The notes below the pieces were generated by a model. The model worked only from the letters and a program-made list of their open reading frames with translations. It ran no database searches and was not told where the DNA came from. A DNA stretch of 64,000 bases, from positions 84,258,001-84,322,000 of the forward strand of contig NC_043000.1 of assembly GCF_006345805.1 (NCBI RefSeq), read 5' to 3'. The DNA comes from Octopus sinensis. Its lineage: Eukaryota. Below, in pieces: positions 40,351 to 54,790 of this stretch; the first letter of the stretch is position 1; each line of letters starts with the position of its first letter. A program made the translations under genes and the position numbers.

Positions 40351-40907
40351 ATAGTTCACAAAATTCTCAGAAACTTATAGTAACTAACGTCCGTATGTAA
40401 ATGAAGAAAAAATGTACTCGGGCTAATACATAGAAATGCACAAGCACACATACACAGACACATGCGTAAACAATCACATATACACTCATACATACATATA
40501 CGCTCATACATTGAGTGCGTGTCTGTGCATGCGCCCACATGCGTACACACATAGAAAGACAGACGTATACACATATGTACTCACATGGTATATATGGCTT
40601 GAAAGATAAGACAGAAATATACTGCTATTCATATAAAATATATGCATTATATGCCATTTATCAACGCATTCTTCAGCTATTTCTCGTTCTTTTACTCTTT
40701 CCTGTATTTTTTGGCTTCTTTCTTCTCGATTTCAGTCTATACGTAGTCTATTTCTACGAGTGTACACACACACACACTCATACACACGCGCGCGAACGCA
40801 CATACACACACATATACGCACGCATGCGCACACACACACAGATATACATATAGCCACGGAAGAATGAACATTCAACACCGGATAAGTGGATAAATAACCC
40901 TTTTTAA

Positions 40908-41110
40908 CAGAATAGTATTAACGGTTCCCTGCTTCGCGGCATTTCGTCCGTCTCCATGATCTGAGTTCAAATTTCGCTAAGGTTGACTTTCATCCTTTCA
41001 TATTTTCAGAGTCGATAAAATAAGTATCACTTGAACATTTAGGTCGATGTAATCGACTTAAGGTTTTGCCTAAAATGTTGTTGGCCTTGTGCCAAAATTT
41101 GAAACCAATA
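40908..41110 (+). mobile_element. SINE family C, diverged
   Basis: tctgagttcaaatttcgctaaggttgactttcatcc...gtcgataaaataagta...ggtcgatgtaatcgact. Confidence 0.75.
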
Positions 41111-41609
41111 TAATTTCAAAGTATAAAAATTATGTCTCAAACGTAGAACAAAATAGACAACGAAACAAAAATTTTACCGAGACGATTATGAAGAGTAGAG
41201 CGTGTAGAATGGTACATCTCACGCAAAACATAACACAAAACTAAGCCAAATTGCAGATGCATAAATCCATTTAAAGAAGAAATGCGTGTTATTAGGAAGA
41301 ATAATTTAGATTCCTAAGCCTCCTGTAATAAAAACGACTAGAAAGCTATTATGAAGGAACTACATCAATTCTGTAATTAAGTCGTTGAATGATATTGAAC
41401 TAAGCTAAATTGTTGATTCGTTCAGATCAATATAGGAAAATACAATCAAAACATTTCTCATAAAAAAAAAGAAAAGACTTTCCTTAAAAGCATTTGAATT
41501 CCAGAAAGTATTTACTACCATACAGTGACACTGATATTTCTACTATCATAAAGGTGGCGAGCTGGTAGAATCGTTAGCACGCCGGAAAAAATGCTTAGGG
41601 GCTAATTCT

Positions 41610-41880
41610 TGTCCTTGCAGGAATTAAGGGGAAGCAAAAACAACTATTTGTACCGTTTCACCAGATGATCCTCAAGGAGTTGGTCGTGAGTGCAAGTACG
41701 GAAAGTCAGTATAAACTGGGTATTTTAACTGTGCAACAGTGTAAAATCTCCTTGACAATATATTTCCAAAGTAGATGAATCGCCTCTACAGCTTGGGAAG
41801 GTTGACTACTGCATGTACAATGTTCCTATAAGTGTGATGTGTAATTTTCTTGATGCTTAATTTTGTGTAATGCTGTTCGA
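41610..41880 (-). mobile_element. Second, internally deleted RTE LINE fragment
   Basis: Reverse complement tagtcaaccttcccaagctgtagaggcgattcatctactttggaaatatattgtcaaggagattttaca closely matches 38041-38110. Confidence 0.75.
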
Positions 41881-42569
41881 ATATATACATTTAGATGAGG
41901 TGGTGCGTATTCGTGTGATTGGGTGTGTGCGCGTTTATTTTCGTGTCTGTATGGTTATAAGAGGTACGTAGGCGAAGGAACCATACATAAAAGTATACAG
42001 AAAAAAGAGAACGTGTTCATAAGAAAGCTATAAAATGAAGTACCAAATCACCATGTAAGAATAAGAAAAGTTCGATATCATTTCGTTGTACAGTATATGT
42101 TTGAAGGTGTGCGCGTGTGTGTAAGGGTACGTGAGGTTCAGTTTAATGTGAGTCTTTGTGTATGAGTTAGTGTGCTCTTGTGTGTGTGTTTTTGTGTCTC
42201 TGTAACGTCTTTCGAGTGCATGTGCGTGTGTTTAAATATGTTGTAGTAGTTTTTGTTTAAATGTACGATCTATTATATATATGTTTTGTATAGTATTTTG
42301 TTTCGCTGTCCTGGGGGCGCAGTGCTTGCCGGAGTTTGTGCTTGTAGCCTTTAGCTAATGTATGTGTTTATAATACACTTTATGGTCAGTTTAATTGGAC
42401 CTGAATGCTCACGCCCGTACGTATATCCTAGCTCAACAATCAGGAGAGTATTAACGAAAGAGGCATGAACATCCTGAAAATTTCGATTTTATCAAATAAA
42501 AACATTTTCAATACACATACGTAATGTATTGCACACCTTCTATCCTCTTCCCCTCTCTCTCTATAGAGA

Positions 42570-42600
<31 letters not shown>

Positions 42601-42610
42601 TACATCATTT

Positions 42611-42645
<35 letters not shown>

Positions 42646-42690
42646 ATTAAATATATATTTTTATATTTATGTAGCTATCTATCTATATAC

Positions 42691-42742
<52 letters not shown>

Positions 42743-42771
42743 TCTATTCATGACAATATGCATACATGCAT

Positions 42772-42820
<49 letters not shown>

Positions 42821-44170
42821 TGTATGTATATATACATGTATGCATGTTGGCATTAATAGAAAGTATATATAGATTTTCGTATGTATTGTATATATATGTA
42901 TGTATCTATGTATGTAATCAAATCAAAAGCATAAAGATTTGAATTTATTTATGTTATTCTGTTGCTTTTTCAAAGTGATTCCCTTAGTAATTTGATGCAA
43001 TAGGCATGCGTGACTTCACTGAAATGTGTACAACGTAAATACAACTAAATATGTATGCTGGGAATAAAAATATTTTCAGAATCCCAAATTTTAAAAACAA
43101 AACAAGATAACACAGTAAGATAATTTTCTCTGCTCTACTTTAAATCTAATTTGTCATCATGATTGTCAACGATGCAGCTACTGGCAGCATCAATGTTAGT
43201 CTTTCCTCTTCCTTTTTTTCCAATATTCTCTCTTGTTATACCCCCACCCATCTGCATTGTCACGCAAGCTGTTATTTCATAATGAACTAGTTCTTACTTT
43301 TATCTGGCATCCACCCACCGCGGGGAGCATCTTTTGGAGAAAGTATGGACTTGAAGATTTTTATCTGACAAGACAACAGTTTCCTGTAGTCTTCCTTCAT
43401 TTAGACATAGTATGATTAGTTTTATTCCGAATGTTAAAACAAAGGCAGAAGAAAACGAAAAACAAAAATTGAAATCAAATTGATCAAACAAGCATTACAC
43501 ATCGTTAATGGAAACTGACATTATATTTAATATTGTTGGCGAGTTAGTATATCTTAGTCACGTGATTTAATTTAATGATGATGTGGAATATAAGAGCATG
43601 GGAAATTTCATAACAAGTTTTATTTTTGCAGTGCAATGTTTATTTTTATTCTGACAGATAGCCTTAACGAGAATGAAAATATTGATTTGTAAAACTGGTC
43701 CAACTGCAGATTTGTAAGGGAAGTATATTTCATGAAGGAATCGACTGAACATAACATATATCCTGGTAATACAGAAGGAAGGAAAAATAGTCAGTCTTTG
43801 TTGAATATGAAATCAGGAAAGAAGAACAATGAAACTAAATAATGAAATATATTTAATACAGGCGCTTTACTTTCCCGCATCTGCACAGCCAAGAGGGCGG
43901 TCATATCAGTAGCGTTCATATCCCTTCCAAAGTGCTCACAAAAATAAGTTGACTGAATCATCTATGAATTGTAACTCATGATCCTATAGTACCGAGTTCT
44001 TTCTTTATCATCTAAAATGCAGATCTATAATGAGAAGGATACAAAATCTATTGCTTTGACGGCAGACCGAAATTTTGACAGTGTAAAATATAGGCAATTG
44101 AATACTTGTGTAAATTCAGACGTTACTTAAACTAAATCTGTGAAGAGACATCTCATTATTTCTGCCACAT

Positions 44171-44390
44171 AAAGGCTGCGACTTGGTAGAATCGCTAGCA
44201 TACTGGAAAAAATGCTTAGTGGTATTTCTTCCGGCTTTGTGCTCGGAGTTCAAATTCCGCTAAGGTCAACTTTGCCTTTCATTCTTCCGGAGCCTTTAAA
44301 ATAAGTACCAGTTGAACTCTGGGGTTGATGTAATCGACTACTCACACCCCAGCAAAATTTCAGTACTTGTACCAAAATTAGTAAGAATTA
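44171..44390 (+). mobile_element. SINE family C
   Basis: ggtagaatcgctagc...ggagttcaaattccgctaaggtcaactttgcctttcattc...ataagtaccag. Confidence 0.8.
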
Positions 44391-45079
44391 TTTCTTCCCT
44401 GCCTCCAACTTTGCAGGAATATATTAACGGAATATATTTACAAAAGTCACCTCAGAGCTCTACCGTCTACCGTGATACATAAAGACGAGACGAACTAATT
44501 TCGTATCAGGCATATTTACTAATGATTGAACAGAGACATGGGTTGGAGATGAAAAAAAAAGGTAAGAAAAACAAGCAGTGGGGTACGTGGATGTGCATCT
44601 TAAGATTTATGGCAAGACAGTATTGATTCTGAGAGAAAAAAAAAAGACTGCATTAAAGTCTTGTAATATTGCTTGGATTGCAGTAAATCTTGATAAGCTA
44701 ACGTAATTGTTTATGAATTAAATTATAATATCCCTATTTATCTTCAAATTATGTAAATTAAGAAACGTCTCAGAGAGAATTATATTCTACGACGGCATCC
44801 TATATAAAAAGGAATGCATAAATTATTTTTCCAAGAGAAAAAAAAAAAACCCACCGTTTTAAACAAAAAGACAGATAATAGATCGGCTAAATTGAATTTA
44901 TGCAAAACTACATAAATGAAAACAGAAAAATTTTAAATTTATTAACACAGATGTGATAGAACCGTGCTATCATAAATAGAACTAATGGCTATATCAATAT
45001 TTTTAGGTGTCACAATTGTAAGAAATCTAAATAATACCATCTAATCTATTGTTAATTGTTGTTTTCTATTAGTAAAAGA

Positions 45080-46405
45080 GGTTAGCGTACACACCCACAA
45101 CAAACACACACAGAAGCACATACAGATATACAAAAACACACACACAAATACAATGCAAACCTCCCACACACACGTACATATACACACACACACAAACACA
45201 ATATCCCCACACTCGAGCACAAACCCACACACATTCCAAAAGAACATACATACTTATATACACATGCAATACGATTTTAGTAATCATAACCAACACTCTC
45301 ACACACACACACACACACAAACACAATATCCCCACACTCGAGCACAAACCCACACACATTCCAAAAGAACATACATACTTATATACACATGCAATACGAT
45401 TTTAGTAATCATAACCAACACTCTCACACACACACACACACAAACACAAGCGCATACACACATACGTAAACACGCACATGCACACACCTACACACAGCAC
45501 CCTGACAATTACAAATCACACTCAAACACACCCACATATACACAGATACACACACAAACTCGCAAATACCACACAACCCACACACACGCATATATATACA
45601 CATATGTACACACACACAAACACAATATGCACGTTCCCCAGTAAAAAAATCACACACACATACTCAAAAGAAAAAAATATACATATATATACACGCAATA
45701 CAATCCCAACAAACACTCACAAACACACATACATACACACACACATATACACAAGCATGCAGATACACAATAATACACACCACCCTGACAAATACAAGAC
45801 ACATAGACACACTCCCACAAACACACCTACACGTATAAACACACTGCACAAACAATACAAACAAAACAAAACACTCACAAATACAGCGCATACATGTGCA
45901 CACACACCCGAAAAATACATAAACCACACCCACATAGACACACACAAACGCATACTCAGTACCAACATGCATAGAACGTACACGCACACAGAAAAACACC
46001 ACCCGGATAAACGTTACACACACTGACACACAGAACCGCTGATAAATACAACACACTCACACACACATACACATCCACACATACCCACACACACATACAT
46101 ATGCACCCTCACACATACGGTTGCTCACACACACACACACCACCACCACCAGGACAATTATAACAACACAAACATACTCAGACAGAGACACATACTCACG
46201 TACACACACAGAACATCTCCACCAACAAAAACACACACACAAACATACACACGCACACACACAGACGCACACATAAATATGCGCGAACTAATACTTACAC
46301 ACACATGCGCACACAAAACACCCTGACAAATACAAATCATCAATCTAAAACGGCCCACACACACAAACATAAGCACATATATATACACACACACACACCA
46401 TTCTG
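45080..46405. repeat. CA-rich degenerate satellite containing a 125-bp tandem duplication (~45191-45440)
   Basis: atatccccacactcgagc...caacactctc recurs at 45201 and 45326; a caccctgacaaatacaa-like motif recurs near 45498, 45780, 46000, 46148 and 46320. Confidence 0.85.
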
Positions 46406-46912
46406 ACCTCTAATACCAGTCCCCAAATCCACTGAACCATGACAGACTAGTCCAGAAACAAAAAAATATCCTTTTGATTTCACATTGATCCCCCCCCCCC
46501 AACCAACCAACCTCCCACGCTATCCCTTACAATAGCAAACATTCCTAAGCAACACACAAGACAGAAAATGTCAGACACACAGGTCAGTTATTCCTCTGCA
46601 ATTTTTTGTAAATCCTTAAATATATCTCCTTCTGTGTATATATATACTACCACACAAACAGGATTTTTATTGAACTCAAAATACTTGTATTCCCTTTCTT
46701 AAACACTTTCATGTAAACTACTTTTAACATTTTCTTATCATTATTAAAGACTGTATACCTGTATTTTAATACTTTTGTGATAACCATTTTTTAACACAAC
46801 AAAGCGTATACAAAGCTTAACATTTTACTTCTGATACTCTTTTTCTAAAAGCGTGAAACCGGTCAAGTCAATAAACATCTCTAAAAGACCTTTGCATTTT
46901 CAGACTTTCTTT

Positions 46913-46965
<53 letters not shown>

Positions 46966-46967
<2 letters not shown>

Positions 46968-47170
46968 GTATTTGTTCCCCAGTACCACTTGACAACTGGT
47001 GTTGATGAGTTTATATCCCCGTAACTTAGCGGTTCGGCAAAAGGGTGATATGATAAGTATCAGACTTATCAGATAAATATGCCCAGGGATCGATTCATTC
47101 GGCTAAAATTTCTCCAAGGCATTGCCCTAGCAAGGTCGCACTCTAATCAATGAAACAAGTAACACAGATA
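46966..47170 (+). mobile_element. SINE family A 3' half, preceded by (TA)n
   Basis: accacttgacaactggtgttg...ccccgtaacttagcggttcggcaaaag. Confidence 0.7.
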
Positions 47171-47764
47171 ACAAGTTGTATATGTATATACACACACATA
47201 CACACAGGTGTACATATATATATATCTGTGCCTAAAAATACAGTATTATTGTTATGCCGTGTCCCTTAGGGTCACATAGCTACGAGCTCCTAAAAGTAGA
47301 GACAGGCAAAATAAATAGCAAACTAAAATAAGTGGTAGGTTCAATGTGATGAACTGGAACCTTTGAATGCTTTGAATGTGGTTACAAACTGGCTGCAGTC
47401 CAGTGCCTGGAACCTATAACAAAGACGAACACAAGAAATGAGACTAAGTTTTAAGAAGCTGTCACTTTATTCACACATTCTATATATTAGGGTTAGCCTT
47501 TTACACGTTTGCTGTGCAATTAGTTTGATTATATCCAGTTTACATTTAACTTTTTTGTAGTTTTCGTCTGATTGATCACCGCAACGCTTGTTTATTGGTC
47601 TATAGGTGTTTCAGTCACATTTTTTAATCTATAACAAACCATCACATTTATTACTGCATTCATAAAAAGTTAGCATTCGACTTTTAATAGAATATTGGGG
47701 ATGACGTTTCACTGGTATGTTTTATATAGTTTATACAAACATATGCGTGTACATGGGTGGGAGT

Positions 47765-48280
<516 letters not shown>

Positions 48281-48700
48281 GTGGGTTGGTGTTTTTGCGC
48301 ATGTATAAATGCAGATAACGAAATATATGTGTATGTGTGCCTGTTTGCGTCTATGTAAGGCAAATACAGCGATGCCAGGTAATCAGGTTATCTGCAAATT
48401 AAAGTGGTTTTTTGTAGATGAAAGTTCATATTTTATGTCTGATATTCGTTGAACAGCTCTCATTGTAAACTACAAGAACAAAGTGACGCAGCGAGTTGTC
48501 GCCTTCTAACTAAATTAACTGCTCCATTTGTCTTTGGTTTAGCCTGTGTGTATGAAGCATCGCTTTGAGCAGATACACTTATACATGCGTACATACGTGT
48601 ATAGAAAGTATGTATTTATATCTGTGTATCATTCTTTGTCGGAACGTGTGTGTGTATATGTGTATATATAGCATACACAGAAACGCGCGCGCAGACACTC

Positions 48701-48748
<48 letters not shown>

Positions 48749-51700
48749 GTACACACACAAATATATGAACCTGATGCATAATTTACACTGGTTGTTCCTG
48801 CACACACATAAACATACAAGCCCAGTTGCATTTACATTAACAGGTATTCATAATTCTATTCAGAGTTATACTCATGTTTACATATATGTGCATAAGTATT
48901 TTCTGTGTGTAAATATATATAGAAACGTAAATTGTGTATGTGTATATGATCACCATTATTTGTGCGTGAGTGTGTGTGCGTGTGTGTGTTTGTGTGTGTG
49001 TTTGTTTGTTTGTTGTTTGTGTGCGTGTTTCTGTCAGTGTGTTCATATGCACTGCCATTCACGTTTTAATAGAAAAAATGTGAATTAAAGAGAGTATAGA
49101 AACGAAGTTGAAGCGCCATCTTGAACAACAACAACAACAAAACAGCCATAACGACGATGACGCCGACAACTGCAACAACAACAATGACAACAAGACCAAC
49201 CACAACAACAGCAATATACATAACATGATTCACCGTGAATAACATGAATAACCAGAAATAAATTCATGTCGGTCAAAACGTCGAACGATTTCTGATTTGG
49301 CTGTCATTCATTCGTGATGTATTTGAAAGCGAGGTCTTCCCCCTAGATCTCAACTTTAAACAATCACCTCATTAAACGTACACTTTTTACTTAATGCTAA
49401 CAGCTTCCTAGCTTCCACCGAGATTGAATCTTATACATTTATACATTTATTTATTTATGTAACTTGCTATATATGTGGCTAAAAGCCAGTTTATTATTTG
49501 TATTATTTTTGTTACTTTTTTGCTTGCATTTCCTTCTTTTTGTATCTAAATTTCGCATGAAAACTTCGGTGTCATCTCTCATTACATATATATTGGTATT
49601 TTTCATTGAACCAGCATGCTAATAGTCGTTTCTGTTCTATATTGAACACACACACACACGCACACACACACACGCAAACATGCACATACATACATACATA
49701 CATACATACATACATACATACATACATACATACATACATTTAAATGGATCTTCGTCGGCCATTAGTATTTCATTTGTTCACTTATACATTGAAATAAACA
49801 ATGTAGGTTGTTGGGTATTCTTCAAAATCTTGTTCTCTAACGTAATTCTTTCACCTAATTAGTGTGATACAGTGGGTAATAAAGTTAAGCCTTTCAATTA
49901 CCAAGTACAGTTCATCAGAGAACTTCCACACAGTTTCCACAGGCTCAGTTTTACTCAGCTGAGACTACAGTGAAAACATCAGGGACCCCTAATTGCACTA
50001 CAAATTCCTTAACCACTAGGCCATGCTAGCATCCATTGTATGTGTGTGTATGTGTGTATGTGTACGTGAGCGTGTATCGCTGTATGTATGTTTACACGTA
50101 ATCTCTACGCTTTTCAATGTAATTTTCTGATTTTCAAAAAGCATCAACAGAATTATTTTTATGTTTACTGAAACTTAATTCCGCCTCAGTTCGTAATTTT
50201 AACCCTTTCTTTCACGAAAAGTCCAATTCAAGCAAACGAAAAAGCTTCTACGTAGTCGCTCAACCTTCAAGAAACAGCAGCCAACTGTTTTTCAAATTAC
50301 ATCTTGCCATTATAGAACAGAAGACACATACTGTTTAATACAACATATCTTATATAAAACAAGTTGACAATGGCCTACTGGGAGATGACCTGGTGTTATA
50401 TAACAACACCGCCAACCATATTAGTCCGCGGTTTTCTATCTATCGTGTCTTGTTGGTGGAAATACTGGAGAAAGGTAGTATTTTTGAAGTTTCGTTTTAA
50501 TCTTATTAAAAGAAAAAAAATCATTAATGAAACAAATCAAGTTATAGTAGAAACGACTAGATGAGAAATACATAAAGAAATGACAGCTTATAGATAAAGA
50601 CTATGGCTAGAATTGATTATTAGTATGATAGCAAGCAATATGGAAATCTTTAAGAGTGGGTGTCGCTCTTTAAGATTTATTTAGATTCTTCTTCAAAGGA
50701 TTCAATCCGCTTACTAACGAAGTGGCTGTTCTATGAATTCAAAATACTGTATGTTTGAACAGGTATGTGTGAGTTTGTGTGTGTATGTGTGTGTAGTTAT
50801 GATATAGATGTTTGTGTATGTGCAAATGTGCTTGCACACATAGGTGCTCATCCTTCTTTAATACAATGAATGCGTACTTTTGATAATATTTCTTTTGAGA
50901 TATATTTCTTTGTATGAGCGGTTGAATGCTTAAGAAATTCACTTTACAACCATGAGACCCCGGGTTTGTTCCCATTGCACCTTAACAGTATTACGAGTAC
51001 TCAAAAGAAGGCGAGCCAAAGTTCATATGAGATAAATCTAGAAGTTAAAATGAATCGCCACCAACCTAAATATTAAAGATACAGCAGGCTATATTTCCTG
51101 GTGCAAACCTTTTATTGCCCTTAAGGATCACTAAGCTAACTTTAGGAGCAACCCTGAATGTAAGTTCCTAAATCCGGCTAAAACCAAAATAGATAGTAAA
51201 AATAATTTAGATTCCATTTTATTTCTGGTTAGAAATCATATAGATTTCCTTTTATCGGACAACAGCATATCTATTATAAACTGGTTCAGGAACATTAGCA
51301 ACAAACAGAAAAGTAGGTTTACTTGTTTGAATTTATAGATTTTACTCGTCGATAACAAGACCTTCGCTACGTAAAACACTAGAAATTTCTAAGGAGACTT
51401 CAAAAAGTGAAGATTTATCCTGAAATCGGATAAACTATTTTTAAGCATACCAGGCATTTCATAAAACAATGATAGAATCCATCCCTGCATACTGTGGCCT
51501 TTTCCAACATAGACTATTGGATTTTGAAAGAGGGAAACCCAGCTGTTATGTAGTTGTTCCCTGTTGTTGTCCAGTCCTTTGTTGTTGTGATTATGGTGCG
51601 GGTTTTTGGATGGAAAATGTAAAGTATGCCCCTACTTCCTATGTTCATATGTGGTGCTTTAGGGGACCGTCGATGGTAATTATTTCGTGTAGTACGGGTT

Positions 51701-51795
51701 TGTTGTGCGTGGTTGTTTAGTGTATTGTTGGAACAAAAATTCCGTTGCTAGCTGCTAATGGGGGGCGCAGATTGTAATGCCTATCTTGCGGGTAT

Positions 51796-53487
51796 CTCCC
51801 ACGCAAACTCCAGATCAAAGCCATATTATAGATGAACCTGAGACACAAAGACGCCTCAGGGAAAGAATGGCACTGGAAAAAATGAAGATGGAAATAGAAC
51901 TTCTAAAATTGAGGGCCCAGACGAATGAACATAAAGTAAAATCTATCGATGAATAGATCAACCAAGGAAATGACTTAAGACTCCAGCCTAGAGAAGATCT
52001 CCAAATTATGGAAAGACGATTGTGATAACGAAGAAATGAAATCCTTCCAACGCTGGGGAAAAAGGACCACTTGGTTCTCAAACTATGAAACCGTCTTTCA
52101 AACAGAATCCGCTTCCAACAACTCTTTCCCAAAAATAAGAAAACAACACTCAAACACAGATTCACACCTATCTAAAAAAAACCGGAACCATCTCCCCTAC
52201 TAAAAACGTCTACAAGACCTAACCCTAATTTCATAACCCATCAGTGAAACAACGTCGGAGGTACCCCAACATCAAACAGAGAAATAAAAAATCACTACCC
52301 ACAAGGTAGACATTATAACCTCCCCCCCCATAAGGCGATACCAATGGAATTTTTGTTCCAACAATCCACTAAACAACCATACACAACAAACCCGTACCAC
52401 ACGAATTATCATATCAATATATACACAAGCAAAACATAAGCGAAACTTCAGCAAAACAGTATTGGATGAACTGAACAAATTAAAGGATGATAAAACAATA
52501 ACAATCAAAGCGACTGATAAAGGGAGTGCATATGTCTTAATGGACACGGTATACTATATAACTCTAGTACTATCTATATTAGAAGACACAACATATTATG
52601 AAATGGTCTCACACTACAGCCAGCAGAAAATAATGAGAAACCTAAAACTATGTTAAACCTATACAGAGAAGGGCTCATCGAGAAGGAATACAATTATATG
52701 ACTAACTTCAAAAGTAAATCCAGTCAATTCTACGGTATTCCAAAGATACACAAAAGTACGAAAACAAGTAACGCATGCTGGAGAGCCACAGTCACAATAA
52801 TCAAGGTACCAACTCCTAATGACCTCAAATTAATACCTATAATAGCAGGTCCTGCATGCGAAACCCACCGCCTCAGTAACTTTTTAGATACCCTCTTAAA
52901 ATCATTCCTCAAGCATATCAAAAGCTACAGAAGATACGACCTAGATATGCTCAATTACCTCCCTGAAACAATAGATAAAAAAACACCCTACAAGTATCCT
53001 TCGATGCAGTCAACCTATATTTTAATATCCCCCACAACCTAAGAATAGAGGCAATCCAATTCTGGCTAGAGAATTACTCCAATGAACTCTCGCATTGCAT
53101 CAAAAAAGAATTCTTAATAGAAAATTCATCTTGGAGAACAACTTCTTCGTGTTCAAAGACAACTTCTATCGATAAAAATCGGGGACTGCGATGGGTACGA
53201 GAATGGCCCCCTCCTTTGCTAACTTAGTTGTAGGATATCTAGAAATCACTCTTTATCGTAAAATACTAGAAAATGCAACCCATTCTCCCTCTACATAGGA
53301 AATAACTTGAAGAGGTATCTGGATGGCTGCTTCATTCTTTGGCATGGAAGTATAGAGAAACTTAGAGAATTTCAAGCACTTGTAAATGGACTTGACATAA
53401 ATATTCAATTTACGATGGAATATAGCCATCAACAACTTCCATTCCTCGATATCCACATTAAGAAATCCAACAACAAAATAGAAACAG
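51796..53487 (+). mobile_element. Penelope-like element: N-terminal region and RT core, decayed
   Basis: ITIKATDKGSAYVLMD...FYGIPKIHK...PIIAGPACETHRLSNFLD...GTAMGTRMAPSFANL...KRYLDGCFILW...IQFTME...LPFLDI. Confidence 0.9.
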
Positions 53488-53632
53488 TTATAAGAACAGT
53501 AACGACTTATGAATTTACGCAGAACAATTCCAATCACCCACTACTATAACTTTTACGTCACTTGACCATTTAAGAAGACTTTACCAATAGCTTACTGCTG
53601 TCATACCACTCCCATCTTTTTCTTATTATGTC

Positions 53633-53753
53633 TCTTCTTCTTCTTCTTCTTCTTCTTCTTCTTCTTCTTCTTCTTCTTCTTCTTCTTCTTCTTCTTCTTC
53701 TTCTTCTTCTTCTTCTTCTTCTTCTTCTTCTTCTTCTTCTTCTTCTTCTTCTT
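53633..53753. repeat. Perfect (CTT)n, about 40 units
   Basis: Read directly. Confidence 0.97.
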
Positions 53754-54790
53754 CCTTACCACAAACCTAACCGCGACCTAACCAATATCTTAAATACCTT
53801 AACATCCACTTCAATCACCACAAATCCACTTTCGATAACATAATTAAGGGCATCTCAACCCGCATATCCGACCTCTCTTCCACTGAGGGAATTTTCAATG
53901 ATCACGCACCATATTACAACCAAGCACTCGCCGCTAGCGGCTTTTCCCAACAAATAGAATATATCCATAACACCAGGCTCAAACAATATATATCTCAAAT
54001 TACATCTCAAAAACGCAGCAACCATCACAATCACAACCGGCCACACACACACACTCGTTGATAGAACCCTGGAAGGTCTTACACCCAGGCAACTTAGACC
54101 CCACACACATGAATTTAACACTAGGTCAAAAACTAAAACAAATAAACAGCTAACAGCAACAGGCCTTGCCACCCACCTCCATTCTCCAAAAATATAGATA
54201 GCATACCTTTATCTAAAAACATAGATAGCACTACTCTCAGACACCCTAAAAAGACGCATGCGTTCTATTCCGTGGTACACACTCCCATTCTCACTTAACG
54301 TTAAGAACTTAACTAAATCGTTCTTTAAAATATTAGACTCTAACTTCTCTCGGCAACATAAATATCATTCTATCTTTAATAGATCTACCCTGAAGCTATC
54401 CTATTCTACCCCACCCAATTTCGAATCTATTGTAGCAGCCTCTGATAAGAAAAAGCTTTCTCTTTACTATCAAAACTCACATAATTACAACTCTAATCAT
54501 ACAAACGCTCAACACACACACACACACACACACACAGCTCCAGCATAGATACCCTTACGTTAAACCACAACGTCAATCCAACCCATCCTACTGACACTGC
54601 CCGGAACACCACCACAATCTCTACCACTCTTACAAATAGTACAATTGATAACAACAATAGTAATAGTAACAATGATGGTAATGATAGCGTTAATAATACT
54701 AATAATCTAGAGTTTTCTAGACCTTCTATTTATAAATGTCCTGAAATCTTTCACAGCCTTGGATTTTTATCTCATTTTGTTAATTATTTT
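53754..54790 (+). mobile_element. Second Penelope-like fragment: thumb/linker region and probable 3' UTR
   Basis: PYHKPN...IIKGISTRISDLSS...FNDHAPYYNQALAASGF...IPWYTLPFSLNVKNLTKSFFKILDSNF...HSIFNRSTLKLSYS; no GIY-YIG domain seen. The 3' boundary is uncertain. Confidence 0.75.

Noticed and set aside
41621-41685. Apparent exon with a good acceptor (ctaattcttgtccttgcag), a GTGAGT donor and an open frame (IKGKQKQLFVPFHQMILKELV)
   Set aside because: It lies in the antisense of an RTE LINE fragment; adjacent sequence matches 38041-38110. No partner exons or recognisable protein.
45153-46026. 163-aa and 182-aa His/Thr-rich ORFs
   Set aside because: Products of the G-poor CA-rich satellite.
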